The translations under genes and the position numbers were made by a program. This document shows positions 9,185 to 19,920 of a stretch of 64,000 bases of DNA, in pieces. The notes under the pieces are model-generated. The model searched no databases. It was not told where the DNA came from and saw only the letters and a list, made by a program, of their open reading frames with translations. The stretch comes from Candidatus Parcubacteria bacterium (lineage in GTDB: Bacteria; Patescibacteriota; Patescibacteriia; CAIXNZ01), in contig JAPLYG010000016.1 of assembly GCA_026395685.1 (NCBI GenBank), positions 65,035-129,034 on the forward strand, read 5' to 3'. Positions within the stretch are counted from its first letter, which is position 1; the number at the start of each line of letters is the position of its first letter.

Positions 9185-10570
9185 TTATCTTTTAACCCCG
9201 TTTTCCACCCAGACCGTATTGGAACAGCTGGAATTGCCGGTTAAATCCAGAGCGCAAACGCGATAGTATACATTGCCAGGACTGGTGATATTTACCTCTT
9301 TATCCAAATAATTTTCTACCCCCTTGGACTTAATGGCCAAATAACCGATACTGGGATATTTAGGCTCTGGTTCAGTAATTGATTTAATTAAACGATATTC
9401 CTTAAAATCAGCTTCGGTATTTGCGCTCCAAGTTAAATTTACGCCATAAACTGAAACTTCTCCAGAAAGTATTGGGCTGTTTGGCGGTGTAGAATCTTTT
9501 TCTTTTGTTTCAATGCTGACCACATTACCGCAAACAACTTTGTCAGAACTTTTGACTACGCAAATTCGATAATAATATAATTGCCCAAAATCCGTCTCCT
9601 GATCAATATAGCTTGCCAAGTCTTGGTTTGTTGAAGTTTTTATGGCCGCATCTTCCGGATACTTTAAGGCAATATTATTTTTGGAGCGCACTATTTTAAA
9701 AGACTTAAAATTATCTTTAGTATAAGCTGACCAAGTAAGTGAAATCCCGGCATCTTTTTGCTCAGCCTTGATCTGCAGAGTGTCAAAAACTTCTTCAAAA
9801 TCAGGTTCCAATTCCGGCAACTGGTCACTGACGCCTTTATCCTGATCAAAATTCCACTGGTACCAGCTTTCTTTGGTTAATAATTTTACGTCAAAATTTT
9901 CGATTTTTAACATATCTTTTTTGGCAGCCTGTAAATTAACAAGGCACTTTTCATTGAGATCCAGACGACTGGCAAGAACTATTTCATCCTGATTGAGAAT
10001 TTCCAGATTAACCTTATTCTCGAAAACAAAGACAGCCAAACTTTCCTGATCTTTATTGCTGATAACTTCAAATTTTGTTCCCAGCGCAGTAATTTTGGTG
10101 TTTAGAAAGTTTATCTGGTAATTTCCGTCCTTGGCTATATTATTATAGCTGCGGCCGCTTATCTGTTCAATAATTACTTGGCCTTCTGACAAACTCTTCA
10201 AAAAAATTTCAGAATTAGCTGCCAGACGTATTTTGGTATCATCTTCCAACTTTAAAACTGCCAGGCTATTTTCTCCGGTTTTAATTTTGTCGCCCTGATG
10301 CAGGATAGCCTGGTCAATCGCCTTCTCATATCCTTTTTCCCCGATATTAACCTGCACATCTTCTTGGATCAGGCTTATTTCCCCACCAATAATTTTTTCT
10401 GCCGCTAAGCTATTGGAATTTACCTCTTCGTTCGTCTTGGACCCGGACAAATCAATTTTAGAGAAATAATTAAAATAGAACCAATAGACCATCGCGCCCA
10501 AGGCCATAAAAACAAAGATAATAATCACCCATTTAAACGGGTTGCTTTTACGTTTGTAGTAATACATCAT
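9185..10570 (-). CDS. FecR-domain protein with fibronectin type III-like C-terminal domains
   Basis: TM, LHQGDKIKTGENSLAVLKLEDDTKIRLAANS, TALGTKF, YYYRICV/YYRVCA; ORF residues upstream of 10570 derive from a repeat. Confidence 0.8.
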   Translation of the reverse strand: MMYYYKRKSNPFKWVIIIFVFMALGAMVYWFYFNYFSKIDLSGSKTNEEVNSNSLAAEKIIGGEISLIQEDVQVNIGEKGYEKAIDQAILHQGDKIKTGENSLAVLKLEDDTKIRLAANSEIFLKSLSEGQVIIEQISGRSYNNIAKDGNYQINFLNTKITALGTKFEVISNKDQESLAVFVFENKVNLEILNQDEIVLASRLDLNEKCLVNLQAAKKDMLKIENFDVKLLTKESWYQWNFDQDKGVSDQLPELEPDFEEVFDTLQIKAEQKDAGISLTWSAYTKDNFKSFKIVRSKNNIALKYPEDAAIKTSTNQDLASYIDQETDFGQLYYYRICVVKSSDKVVCGNVVSIETKEKDSTPPNSPILSGEVSVYGVNLTWSANTEADFKEYRLIKSITEPEPKYPSIGYLAIKSKGVENYLDKEVNITSPGNVYYRVCALDLTGNSSCSNTVWVENGVKR

Positions 10571-10577
10571 ACCGGTA

Positions 10578-10707
10578 AATAACCAATCATCAATAATCAA
10601 CATCCAAACAAATCATAAATTCTAATTTTAAATATCAAAACAATTTAGAATTTAATTATTGTATATTAGTTATTGTTTGATGATTGCGTTATTGATTATT
10701 GGATATT
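10578..10707. repeat. Fold-back microsatellite element, family A
   Basis: aaccaatcatcaataatcaacatccaaacaaat ... ttattgtttgatgattgcgttattgattattgg. Confidence 0.75.
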
Positions 10708-11884
10708 ATAACTGCAATAATTTATAAATATAGTTTTTAATATCCCATTCCTTTGCTCTCATTTTAGCATTTTCCGACATTTGTGTTAACTTGCTAATAT
10801 TTTGCAGGCTAAAATTAAGCTTATTCAAAAGTCCGATTTTACTGCCAGCCTCAAAAAGATAGCCATTTACACCTTCCTGCACCAGCTCCGATATGCCACC
10901 GATCGCTGAAGCAATGACCGGGGTGCTGAAATTAAAACTGTCATATATCACGCTGGGGGAATTTTCATAGCATAAAGACGGTACAATGGCATAATGTATT
11001 TTCTTAAAAACCTGCTGGCTGAGCAAATTGGCCGGAATATAGCCTAAAAACTCTACCCATTTTTTTCCTTGATATTCAGTATTTAACCTGTCAGCAAGCT
11101 TGCCATTACCCACCACATAGAGCTTTACCTCCTTATTATTTGCAAATTCCTGAAAAACATCCAACAGCAACAAAATGCCCTTATGCTCTTCCAATTGGCC
11201 CAAAAAAAGATAATTAACGGTCGAGTCAGCAATATTTTTTTTATAATTTTCATTTTCTAAGATAACAGGGTTTGGCAAAACAACTTTGCGTATTTTTTTA
11301 AAAAATCCAGCCTGATCATAAAAGTCGAGCAACCACCTTGAAGGTGAAATTATCACTGAAGCATTATTAAATAAGTATCTGGTAATAAGGGAGTATAAAT
11401 AGCAAGATAAAGGCTGCGTTTCCTGACCTTTGATTATTAAGCCGGAAGGATTTACCAATTGCACGTCATGCAAGGTATGAAAACATCTAGTTTTTGACTT
11501 CTTAATCGCCAGCAGAGTCAAATAGCCCAATCCTTTAAGATTATGGCTCAGGACTATATCTGGATTTTCCAGCTGTATGATTTTTTTAATCTGAAAATAT
11601 GAATGCAGATTAAAAGTGTCAATCAGATGCCAGATCAGACGCTTCCACCTTGGCTGGCTGCCAATATCGACAAAGGAAAAAATATTTTTCGGATAAAAAC
11701 GATAAATTTTTATATCATCCATTTCCGTTAAAAAAAACTTTGTTTTTTCCGGCTTGGCGGAAATAGTAATGACAAAAATATCATGGCCATCCTTTTTCAA
11801 TTCCTTGACCAGATTGGAAAAAACAACCTCAGCTCCCCCGCGGCGATAAGGTTTGTACAAACTGTTTATTAGGGCAATCTTCAT
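10706..11884 (-). CDS. Glycosyltransferase family 4
   Basis: GGAE, FLGQLEEHKG, VPSLCYENSP. Confidence 0.9.
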   Translation of the reverse strand: MKIALINSLYKPYRRGGAEVVFSNLVKELKKDGHDIFVITISAKPEKTKFFLTEMDDIKIYRFYPKNIFSFVDIGSQPRWKRLIWHLIDTFNLHSYFQIKKIIQLENPDIVLSHNLKGLGYLTLLAIKKSKTRCFHTLHDVQLVNPSGLIIKGQETQPLSCYLYSLITRYLFNNASVIISPSRWLLDFYDQAGFFKKIRKVVLPNPVILENENYKKNIADSTVNYLFLGQLEEHKGILLLLDVFQEFANNKEVKLYVVGNGKLADRLNTEYQGKKWVEFLGYIPANLLSQQVFKKIHYAIVPSLCYENSPSVIYDSFNFSTPVIASAIGGISELVQEGVNGYLFEAGSKIGLLNKLNFSLQNISKLTQMSENAKMRAKEWDIKNYIYKLLQL

Positions 11885-13047
11885 AAATTTGGGGGGACTT
11901 TAACCAATTCTTCGTAAACTTTATTTAATTTATTAATCAAAACATCCTGGCTATACATTTTCTCGGCCCGTTCTTTGGCAGCCTGACCGAATTGAGACAA
12001 TAAGGCATCGTCCGTAAAAATTTTTCTGACTTTTATCACCAAGTCATGCTGGTCTAAAACTTCAAAAGTAAAGCCGCTGACTCTGTTTTCAAAAACACTG
12101 CGCACTCCAGGCAAATTAGCCGCCAGCACCGGCTTGGCACAAGCCATCGCTTCGATTAAAACAATGCCAAACGCTTCTGATTTATCAATTGACGGCAAAA
12201 TAATGGCATCTGCCAGATTATAAAAATTAACCAGCTCGCGGTCATGAGCAAAACCTGCAAATAAAATTTTATCGATCAAGCCCAAATCTAAAACATGCTT
12301 TTGATATTCATTTTTCAGATCACCTTCGCCGACAATAATAATTTTCAAATTATCCAGGCCGATTGCCTTATAAGAATCAATCAGGAAATGAATGCCTTTA
12401 AAATAATGGGCCTGGTCCAGCGCGCCGACAAAAAGCAGGACTTTCTCATTGGCTTTAATATCAAACTTTTTCATTAAAATTTGATCGTTTATCGCCGGTT
12501 TAAATATATTCAAATTCACGCTCGGTGGGATTTCAACAAATTTATCCGAACGCTGAATGATCAGCTCCTTGATATTGGAATTTTTGGCATAATCAAAGCT
12601 GGAAACAATCACCTTATCAGCGCTGGCAATTATCTTTGGCATAAAATGCTTGGTATGAAAAGAAAAAATACTTTTTTTCCAGCCGCTGCCGACCACATCC
12701 ATCTGATAATTTATGACTAATTTTAATTTCTTGCCTAAATATTTTTTTAACAGCCAGACAACCTCTGCCCCGCCAAAAAACGGATAATGGAGATTAACCA
12801 GATCAAAGTCTCTCAACTCCCAAAATAGCTGGGGCAAAAATCCGCTATTACCAAAGCTAAATAAAGGTTTGAGCCGCCTGACTTCAAATTCGGCAAATTT
12901 TACTTCATTATCCTTAGAATCAACTAATGGCGTGAAAACAGTGACCTGATGACCTAATTTTGACAAACCCAAAGCATAGTCATAAGCCACATTGCTGATG
13001 CCTCCTTTATATGGTTTAAACCTGCACACGACTTGAGCTATCTTCAT
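11881..13047 (-). CDS. Glycosyltransferase family 4
   Basis: FVGALDQAHYFKG, EAFGIVLIEAMAC. Confidence 0.9.
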   Translation of the reverse strand: MKIAQVVCRFKPYKGGISNVAYDYALGLSKLGHQVTVFTPLVDSKDNEVKFAEFEVRRLKPLFSFGNSGFLPQLFWELRDFDLVNLHYPFFGGAEVVWLLKKYLGKKLKLVINYQMDVVGSGWKKSIFSFHTKHFMPKIIASADKVIVSSFDYAKNSNIKELIIQRSDKFVEIPPSVNLNIFKPAINDQILMKKFDIKANEKVLLFVGALDQAHYFKGIHFLIDSYKAIGLDNLKIIIVGEGDLKNEYQKHVLDLGLIDKILFAGFAHDRELVNFYNLADAIILPSIDKSEAFGIVLIEAMACAKPVLAANLPGVRSVFENRVSGFTFEVLDQHDLVIKVRKIFTDDALLSQFGQAAKERAEKMYSQDVLINKLNKVYEELVKVPPNL

Positions 13048-13050
13048 AGG

Positions 13051-13250
13051 ATACTAATTTACTAATAAGCTACTAATATACTAATTTTTTAAGTTATTCG
13101 TAGATTAGAAGCCAATTCGTAGCATTAGTAGTATTACCAAGTTATCAAATCTTTTATAATCTGCCAATAGGTTATGTTACTAATTTACTAATTAAGTAAT
13201 TTGAGTTCGGAAATTCGCAGATTAGTAGCCAATTCGTAGCATTAGTAGCC
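13051..13250. repeat. Two tandem family C fold-back elements separated by a relic gene end
   Basis: tactaat arms then attagta arms twice; 13097-13149 repeats at 13214-13266 (period 117). Confidence 0.8.
13134..13169 (-). pseudogene. Relic C-terminus of a diverged GT2 homolog (YWQIIKDLITW*)
   Basis: Aligns without gaps to the GT2 end YWFLVKLLIIW* at 13251-13286. Confidence 0.65.
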
Positions 13251-14297
13251 TTACCAAATTATCAAAAGCTTAACTAAAAACCAGTATGCGTTAAATATAG
13301 GGTTAGCAAGATATTTTAAGATCCAATTATCAATTTCCTGATTTTCAATTTTTCCGGTAAATAACTCGACAAGTTCCCTATCCCTTCTTACCCTTATTAT
13401 TCTTTTTTCCCTTCTTTCCTTTCTAATTTTCCCCCAATTATCAATACTTAAAAACCAGGCGTATACTTTCAGTTTCTCTTGCCAAAAGCCAGATTTTAAT
13501 GAAAACAGGAATAAGCCAGCTTCCATGACAACTAAAGCCGGCAAAATCAAAAGCAAAGTCGCCAATTTATAATTTTCAAAAAGGCAGATGAAACGATTGC
13601 GCTCCATGAAATAATATTTTTTTATACTTTTGGAAAACTGATATTTATGATAAATAACTGCCACGGGTACCAGCAAAATGTCATAGCCTGCCATTCGCAG
13701 GCGCCAGCCCAGATCCAAATCCTCATGATACATAAAAAAGTCAGGATCGAATAATCCGACTTTCTCCAAAGTTGATTTACGATACAAGACTGCGGCGCCG
13801 CTGGCATAGGCTATTTTTCTGGGCTGTAAATTGTTATCAAACTGCTGATAGCCGCCGGCTGAAAATCCAAAGCCCAGATAATGGATAGCATTGCCCAGTG
13901 AATTAACCTTATCCTTTTCCGGATAGAGCATAAGCCTGGGCTGGACAGCGCCGATTTGATGATCAGCTTCAATAACAGCCAGCAATTTTTTTAAAAAATC
14001 AGGTTCACATATCGTATCCTGATTTAATAAAAAAAGATATTCAAAATTTTCAGACATTGCCTGTTTAATTCCGATATTATTACCTAGAGCAAAACCGGTA
14101 TTTTCCTGATTTTTAATAATGGCAATGTCAGGATAATTACTTTGCACAAAATTAAGAGAATCATCAGTTGAGGCATTATCCACAAAAAAAATCTTAAAAT
14201 TTTCCGGGGGATAATCCAGCTTCGCCAAACTAGCCAAACAATCAGGCAAATATACCAGGCCATTATAATTGACAATAATGATTGCGACCTTATTCAT
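13251..14297 (-). CDS. Glycosyltransferase family 2 (rhamnosyltransferase-like)
   Basis: VDNASTD, LNQD, FFMYHEDLDLGWR. Confidence 0.9.
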   Translation of the reverse strand: MNKVAIIIVNYNGLVYLPDCLASLAKLDYPPENFKIFFVDNASTDDSLNFVQSNYPDIAIIKNQENTGFALGNNIGIKQAMSENFEYLFLLNQDTICEPDFLKKLLAVIEADHQIGAVQPRLMLYPEKDKVNSLGNAIHYLGFGFSAGGYQQFDNNLQPRKIAYASGAAVLYRKSTLEKVGLFDPDFFMYHEDLDLGWRLRMAGYDILLVPVAVIYHKYQFSKSIKKYYFMERNRFICLFENYKLATLLLILPALVVMEAGLFLFSLKSGFWQEKLKVYAWFLSIDNWGKIRKERREKRIIRVRRDRELVELFTGKIENQEIDNWILKYLANPIFNAYWFLVKLLIIW

Positions 14298-14345
14298 AGG
14301 CTAAGCTGAAAATCTCCCCCGTTTTTTGGGAGAGACTTTGAGTTA

Positions 14346-15371
14346 TTAATCTTGTATTGATTGAACATTATTCCAGTCGATCATCACACTGTGAGCTTTG
14401 CCATAAAGCACTGTTTCTTCCAGACCCTGCTCCAGAGTAACAATCGGAAACCACTGGAGTTTATCTTTTGCTAAACTAATATCCGGCATCCCCAAGCGTG
14501 ACATGAAAAGCAGTGGTTCGGCATATTGTATTTCCGATTTGGAATTGGTCATTTGAATAATCATCTTGGCAATATCCGAAATCTTATGCTGCTGAGGACT
14601 GCCGATATTAAGCGGACCAAATTCAGTAGAAGCCATCATTTTCAAAACCGCGTCAATCACATCTGAAATATAGCATAAAGTAGTGGTAAAATTTTGATCG
14701 CCGTAAATCATCAGGGGCTTATTATCCAAAGCAGATACAATAAAATCAGGAATCATGTGTCCGACAAAAAGAGGCATGCGCGGACCGTAAGAAGTAAAAA
14801 TTCTTAAAATCTTGCTATCAATATTAAAATACTGGCGATAAGTATAAACTAATGTTTCGGCAAAACGCTTACCCTCATCATAGCAGGCTCTGGGAGTTAA
14901 GGGTGAAGAAGGAAAAAACATATTTTCTTTCATGTCCGGAGTATCATTGACAGCTGAGCCGTAGACGACAGAAGAAGAAAAATGTAAAATTTTTGCCTTA
15001 TATTTGACGGCCAAATCAAGGGCGCGGATTACCCCGACAGAATTTGTCCAGGCGGTCAGAATCGTATTTTTGGTAAAATCTTTAGGATCGGTAGGACAAG
15101 CCAGATTGTAAATTTCCTGAATTCCTCTCACCCCGAGTTGGAACCTGTCTAAATCACTGAAATTTTCCAGGCTGACCAGATTATTCACATCTTCATTTAA
15201 GAAAATAAAATTTTCATTCTGCAAAAGATGCTCAATGTTTTCCCTGCGTCCGGAAATAAAATTATCAACACAGATAACATTGCTGTCTGCGACCAGCCGG
15301 TCGCAGAGATGAGAGCCCACAAATCCGGCTCCGCCCAAAACTAAAATATTTTTTTTATCTAAAACCCCCAT
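14346..15371 (-). CDS. NAD-dependent epimerase/dehydratase, UDP-glucuronate decarboxylase-like
   Basis: GGAGFVGSHLCD, YNLACP, RACYDEGKR, RIFTSYGPRM. Confidence 0.85.
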   Translation of the reverse strand: MGVLDKKNILVLGGAGFVGSHLCDRLVADSNVICVDNFISGRRENIEHLLQNENFIFLNEDVNNLVSLENFSDLDRFQLGVRGIQEIYNLACPTDPKDFTKNTILTAWTNSVGVIRALDLAVKYKAKILHFSSSVVYGSAVNDTPDMKENMFFPSSPLTPRACYDEGKRFAETLVYTYRQYFNIDSKILRIFTSYGPRMPLFVGHMIPDFIVSALDNKPLMIYGDQNFTTTLCYISDVIDAVLKMMASTEFGPLNIGSPQQHKISDIAKMIIQMTNSKSEIQYAEPLLFMSRLGMPDISLAKDKLQWFPIVTLEQGLEETVLYGKAHSVMIDWNNVQSIQD

Positions 15372-15487
15372 AAAAAAATTTTATTATTTAATTGAGCGTT
15401 ATACGCTCCTGTAATTATTTTAACAAATAATTATAAAAAAAGAAAGTACTTATTTTTTCGCTAACTTTAAAATAAAAACGCCAAAAA

Positions 15488-15862
15488 TTATACCCGAAAA
15501 GTCCAATATTTATTTGCCCCGAAATTCCAAAATAAACCGATAACTGTAGCTGCGGCTTTTACCCACAAATCAGGCCAGCCAAAATAGTTAACGCCGATGA
15601 ATATCAAACCATTATTCAGAATAAAATAAACCAAATTTACCAACGCAAACTTAAAATATTGAGTTTTTACCTGTTTATCATTATTTTTAAAAGTCCATTT
15701 CTTATTAAGAAAAAAACTAGCAGTCATGGCCAGAAAAACAGAAATCAAGTTGGCAAATAAATAGTATACGCCCAGCGCCCGGGTAAGAAAATAATAAACC
15801 ACAAAATCAAAAGCAGTATTGAATACTCCGACCAGACAAAATTTTAGAAACTGTTTAGCCAT
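15488..15862 (-). CDS. GtrA family protein
   Basis: QFLKFCLVGVFNT, SFFLNKKWTF, WNFGANKYWTF. Confidence 0.9.
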   Translation of the reverse strand: MAKQFLKFCLVGVFNTAFDFVVYYFLTRALGVYYLFANLISVFLAMTASFFLNKKWTFKNNDKQVKTQYFKFALVNLVYFILNNGLIFIGVNYFGWPDLWVKAAATVIGLFWNFGANKYWTFRV

Positions 15863-15879
15863 GATTTTTCGCAAAAGGC

Positions 15880-17490
15880 TTATTTTAAAGACATTGTAGA
15901 TTCAATTGTCGGCGCGTTAAGCTGCTCGGCAAAAGGATCAAAATTATAAACGGTTTCTAAGGGCTCTCCGACGCTATAGCTGATAAAAAATGATTCCGAA
16001 ATATCATTTACCTGAGTTTGCCAATATGGACCGTAATACCTGGTTAAAAAGTTCACATCTTTGATCCAGCGCAGTTTTGCGCCAATGGCGACGACATAGA
16101 CGCGCGGATCTGACTGGATTTTCAGCAGGCTGCCGGGACGATAAGTAACGAGGCCGGCCAGGGGCAATGAAGCCAAAACACTATCATCAACTATTTTAAT
16201 GTCTTTAAAAGTGCCAAACCAGTTGACATAGACTTTTTCATCAGGGAAAACATAGCGTTTGCCGTTATCCGCCAGATAATAAACAGTCGAACTAGCTCCT
16301 TTTATTAATTGATTGCTGGCTGATAAACTCTTAATCACATTAAAAATTTTTAGCGGATCAATCATGCCTTTGCCGATTTTTCCTTTCATGGTTAAATTCT
16401 GGCTGTCGATATTCCTGGTATTTTTCAAAATAAAATCACGGATTTCAATATTGGTAAGTTCGGGATAAGTTGACTTGATCAGGGCAGCAATGCCGGAAAC
16501 AACCGGTGCAGCCAAAGAAGTGCCTGAATAATCTCCTCCATAAAACTCTGACAAGCCCGGAACGGCGGGATTAACTACCTGCAAACCATAAAAATTGGAT
16601 CCGGGCGCAACAATGTCCAGACAAGACGAACCGTAATTAGAATAATAAGCTAATTTATCATCTTCATCAGTTGCACCGACTCCAATTACCATATTGGCGC
16701 CTGTATTTCCATCGTAACAAACCGGATACCTTTTTTCCAGATCTAAATTTATAGGATAAGCAATTTGAACCACATCATGCTGCTTTTCTCTGATTTCCCA
16801 AATGAACTCCTCATTACCGGCGGAAGCAACGATAATCAGTCCGGCATTATAAGCGCGATTAATGGCATTGGCAAAATCACCATCATACGGGATACTGACA
16901 AAACTCATATTTAAAATATCGGCTTTTTTATCAATTGCGTAATTAATAGCCTCAACCACATCGGGAATCGTGCCAGTGCCATACTCGTCCAATACCCGCA
17001 AGGGCATGATTTTTGTACTTTGCCAGGCAATACCGGCAATACCAATAGTATTATTGCCAATTGCTGCGGCGACACCGGCAACCAGGGTGCCATGGTAAAT
17101 TGCCTCTTTTTCACAAGAATTAGTTTCCAGGCAATCCAGAGCATAATCAGGAGCCGGATTATTATCATCGGCAATAAAATCCCAGCCATTAATATCATCA
17201 ATGTAGCCGTTCTTATCATTATCAATGCCGTCACCATCGATTTCAGCCTGATTAACCCAGACATTATCATGTAAATCAGGATGGGAAATATCAATACCCG
17301 AATCAATTACCGCAATAATAGTGTTTTTATGCTTTAAATTCTGTACCCAGATATCCGGCATATTCAAACGGCTCAGATACCATTGCCTGTAATAAAAAGG
17401 GTCATTGGGAGTAAGGCCCTGGGCAAAACAAAAATTAGCCAAAATAAATTGGGCTACTAAAATGACCATAATTACTCGACTTAACCTCAT
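15880..17490 (-). CDS. Secreted subtilisin-like S8 peptidase with C-terminal shared surface module
   Basis: Signal peptide; IAVIDSG, HGTLVAG, SGTSLAAP catalytic triad. Confidence 0.92.
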   Translation of the reverse strand: MRLSRVIMVILVAQFILANFCFAQGLTPNDPFYYRQWYLSRLNMPDIWVQNLKHKNTIIAVIDSGIDISHPDLHDNVWVNQAEIDGDGIDNDKNGYIDDINGWDFIADDNNPAPDYALDCLETNSCEKEAIYHGTLVAGVAAAIGNNTIGIAGIAWQSTKIMPLRVLDEYGTGTIPDVVEAINYAIDKKADILNMSFVSIPYDGDFANAINRAYNAGLIIVASAGNEEFIWEIREKQHDVVQIAYPINLDLEKRYPVCYDGNTGANMVIGVGATDEDDKLAYYSNYGSSCLDIVAPGSNFYGLQVVNPAVPGLSEFYGGDYSGTSLAAPVVSGIAALIKSTYPELTNIEIRDFILKNTRNIDSQNLTMKGKIGKGMIDPLKIFNVIKSLSASNQLIKGASSTVYYLADNGKRYVFPDEKVYVNWFGTFKDIKIVDDSVLASLPLAGLVTYRPGSLLKIQSDPRVYVVAIGAKLRWIKDVNFLTRYYGPYWQTQVNDISESFFISYSVGEPLETVYNFDPFAEQLNAPTIESTMSLK

Positions 17491-17492
17491 AA

Positions 17493-18017
17493 TCAATCCG
17501 CTAAAACATTAATTTTAAAAACCGAATGATCCCCTAACTCATAGTTTCGCCATGAACAATATCTAAAAAGAGAAATATCAGATACTAAACCATGACTAAT
17601 TGGGTTATCATGAATATATTTTAATTTTTCTTCAAATTTCTTATGGGAATAAATATTAAAATCGAAAAATCGATGTTTCCATAAAGCTCCGCTACGTTGC
17701 AAATATTTATTGATCTTTCTAGCAGTAACCCCTTTTATTTTTTTGCCTATATAAGAGATACCAAACTCGTTAAGCGAAGATTCCGGGGTATCACCGAATT
17801 TATTCGGTGATCCGTAGGCAAACACTTGACCAATTAATAAATGAACATGATCGGGTACGATAACGAATCCATAAATATCAAAACTTAATTCCGTTCTCAA
17901 TCTATCTAATTCCTCTAAAAATATATCACAGCACTTATCATCTTTAAAAAACGGCACGTTATTTGCAGTTTTAAAAGTGACAAAGTGTATATGACCGGGG
18001 TCATCAAACTTTTCCAT
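17493..18017 (-). mobile_element. REP-associated tyrosine transposase (RAYT) with in-frame REP
   Basis: HFVTFKT, VPDHVHLL, LWKHRFFD, KYIHDNPISHGL; REP at 17785-17813. Confidence 0.9.
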
Positions 18018-18051
18018 TTAAAAATAACATTATTTTTCTCATAAGCCTCAT

Positions 18052-18326
18052 CGGGTATCACCGAATTTATTCGGTGATCCGTGCTCGCCCATACAACCCC
18101 GAATGAATTCAGGGTTACCCTGCGGAAGTTGTTCCAATCAAACGCGCAGTCTCGGGGTATCACCGAATTTATTCGGTGATCAGTCCGCGCCCATACAACC
18201 CCGAATGAATTCGGGGTTACCCTGTACAAATTGTTCAGGCAGAACTTTCGGATTGGGGGTATCACCGAATTTATTCGGTGATACGTCCGCGCCCATACAA
18301 CCCCGAATGAATTCGGGGTTACCCCG
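18052..18326. repeat. BIME-like REP array, three inverted REP doublets (period ~102 bp)
   Basis: gggtatcaccgaatttattcggtgat / aaccccgaatgaattcggggttaccc repeated 3x directly upstream of the RAYT. Confidence 0.9.
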
Positions 18327-18358
18327 TGAATCCGTACGTGTCCATATAACTAAACTTA

Positions 18359-19717
18359 CTAAAGTCCTTTATCAACATTAATCGACGTGGCTGCATTTTG
18401 TACTGTTATAGGCGAAAAGTCGCTGGTACTGCTAATAGGTAAGCCCACTGTATAATTCACGAAAAACGGATCAGGCACATCTTCCACCAGACTGCCCCAA
18501 TTTGCGCCATAAAGGGCCACTGCAATGGCTTCCGTGGTAACCCAGCGCAAAGTACCCTTTGGGCCGACAGCGTAAACCTTGGGGTCAGTAGTGATTTTGA
18601 CCAATTTAACTCCGGGCTTATAAGTAACATTCCCGCCAATAGTAATAGTACCCAAATCCAAATCTGCGATAGTTACTATATTCAAAAAGTCAGGATACCA
18701 GGTTTTATAAGTATTTAAATTCGGAAAAACATAACGCTTACCGTCATTGCCAAAATAATAAAGCGCCGCGCCAGATGCCTTAATCAAATCCCCTGCTTTA
18801 TAGGCATTTACCGGTGTTGTGGGCGGAACTACAGGAGGAACTGCGATAGCGACATTAACAGTAATTTCTTCGCTTTGGCCTGGGTTACTACCCTGGTCAG
18901 AAGAAGTAACTTTAATCTTATGCTCGCCAGTGGCAATATTTTGCCAGACATATTGCCAGGTATAAGTCGTGTCATCAAAAATTGAAATTACATTTTTCTG
19001 CCCGTCAATATAAATAAAACGGTCTTTAATAGAAGTAGCGCCCTGATCACGAATCATGCCTTTAATCACAAACGAGTCGCTCTCAATTGTCTGGCCAGCC
19101 TGTAAATTTGTAAAGTTTACTTTTGGTCCCAGACTATCAACCGTAGTCAGCCCCACTACCTGCACATTATCATTAACAATATTTGCATTAGTCGGGCCAT
19201 TATTGCCTGAATCCATAAAAATACCCATATCACCCAAATCAAAACTTCCATTAGCATTAGTATCAATTAGTTTGGGAATCTGCATTTGGACAGAGCCTGT
19301 TTTAGTTATATAGGAAGAAATTTCCGCACTGACAAAATATCTCTGGCTGTCAGCAATATTTTCGCTCAAATTATTCAGATACCAGTTTTGCAGAGTGCTA
19401 AAGTAAATTAAATTCCCAATTTTACGGTCAATGCCCATGCCCTGAAAACCGACAGGTCCGTCATCAGCCCACAATGTCAGGTAATCAAGCTGGTACGCGT
19501 CAGTTAAAGTTCCCAAATTCTGCAGGCTTAGAGCTTTTAAAGTATCAGGCCTGGCTGTAACCAAAGTAAAATCAAAAACCAGGTTATCAAATGTACCCCG
19601 AAAAAAAGTATCATAAGGAACTTCAGTCTTAACTATTGATTGCGTGTCAAAAGCCAGGCTAAAATTTACGCTAAATAATACGCCCAAAATCACCAGAAAA
19701 AAAGTAAATTTTTTCAT
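18359..19717 (-). CDS. Secreted surface protein with Ig-like domain and C-terminal shared surface module
   Basis: Signal MKKFTFF..SLA; Ig-like WQYVWQNIATGEHKIKV; GDLIKASGAALYYFGNDGKRYVFPN module. Confidence 0.8.
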   Translation of the reverse strand: MKKFTFFLVILGVLFSVNFSLAFDTQSIVKTEVPYDTFFRGTFDNLVFDFTLVTARPDTLKALSLQNLGTLTDAYQLDYLTLWADDGPVGFQGMGIDRKIGNLIYFSTLQNWYLNNLSENIADSQRYFVSAEISSYITKTGSVQMQIPKLIDTNANGSFDLGDMGIFMDSGNNGPTNANIVNDNVQVVGLTTVDSLGPKVNFTNLQAGQTIESDSFVIKGMIRDQGATSIKDRFIYIDGQKNVISIFDDTTYTWQYVWQNIATGEHKIKVTSSDQGSNPGQSEEITVNVAIAVPPVVPPTTPVNAYKAGDLIKASGAALYYFGNDGKRYVFPNLNTYKTWYPDFLNIVTIADLDLGTITIGGNVTYKPGVKLVKITTDPKVYAVGPKGTLRWVTTEAIAVALYGANWGSLVEDVPDPFFVNYTVGLPISSTSDFSPITVQNAATSINVDKGL

Positions 19718-19920
19718 AAAAAACAAGGTTAATTGAATTAATATATCCTGTCTATATTTTACCAAAATTAACCTGTTTCAACAACTAATCCAAAACCTTT
19801 ATTCGGTCATTACCAACCCCGGGGGCTTGGGGGATGAGAACGAAGCTCTTTTGTTCGCTTCAAACTCACACGTCCACTACTTCGATTTATTCAAATTTTT
19901 CTGATTAAATCGCTTTCCCT

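Noticed and set aside
18052-18326. CRISPR array
   Set aside because: Alternating inverted palindromes with repeated linkers, a spacer shared with 29281-29540, adjacent RAYT and no cas genes: REP/BIME
17915-18381. ORFs 17915-18265 (-) and 18103-18381 (+)
   Set aside because: Translations of the REP array, with repetitive peptides
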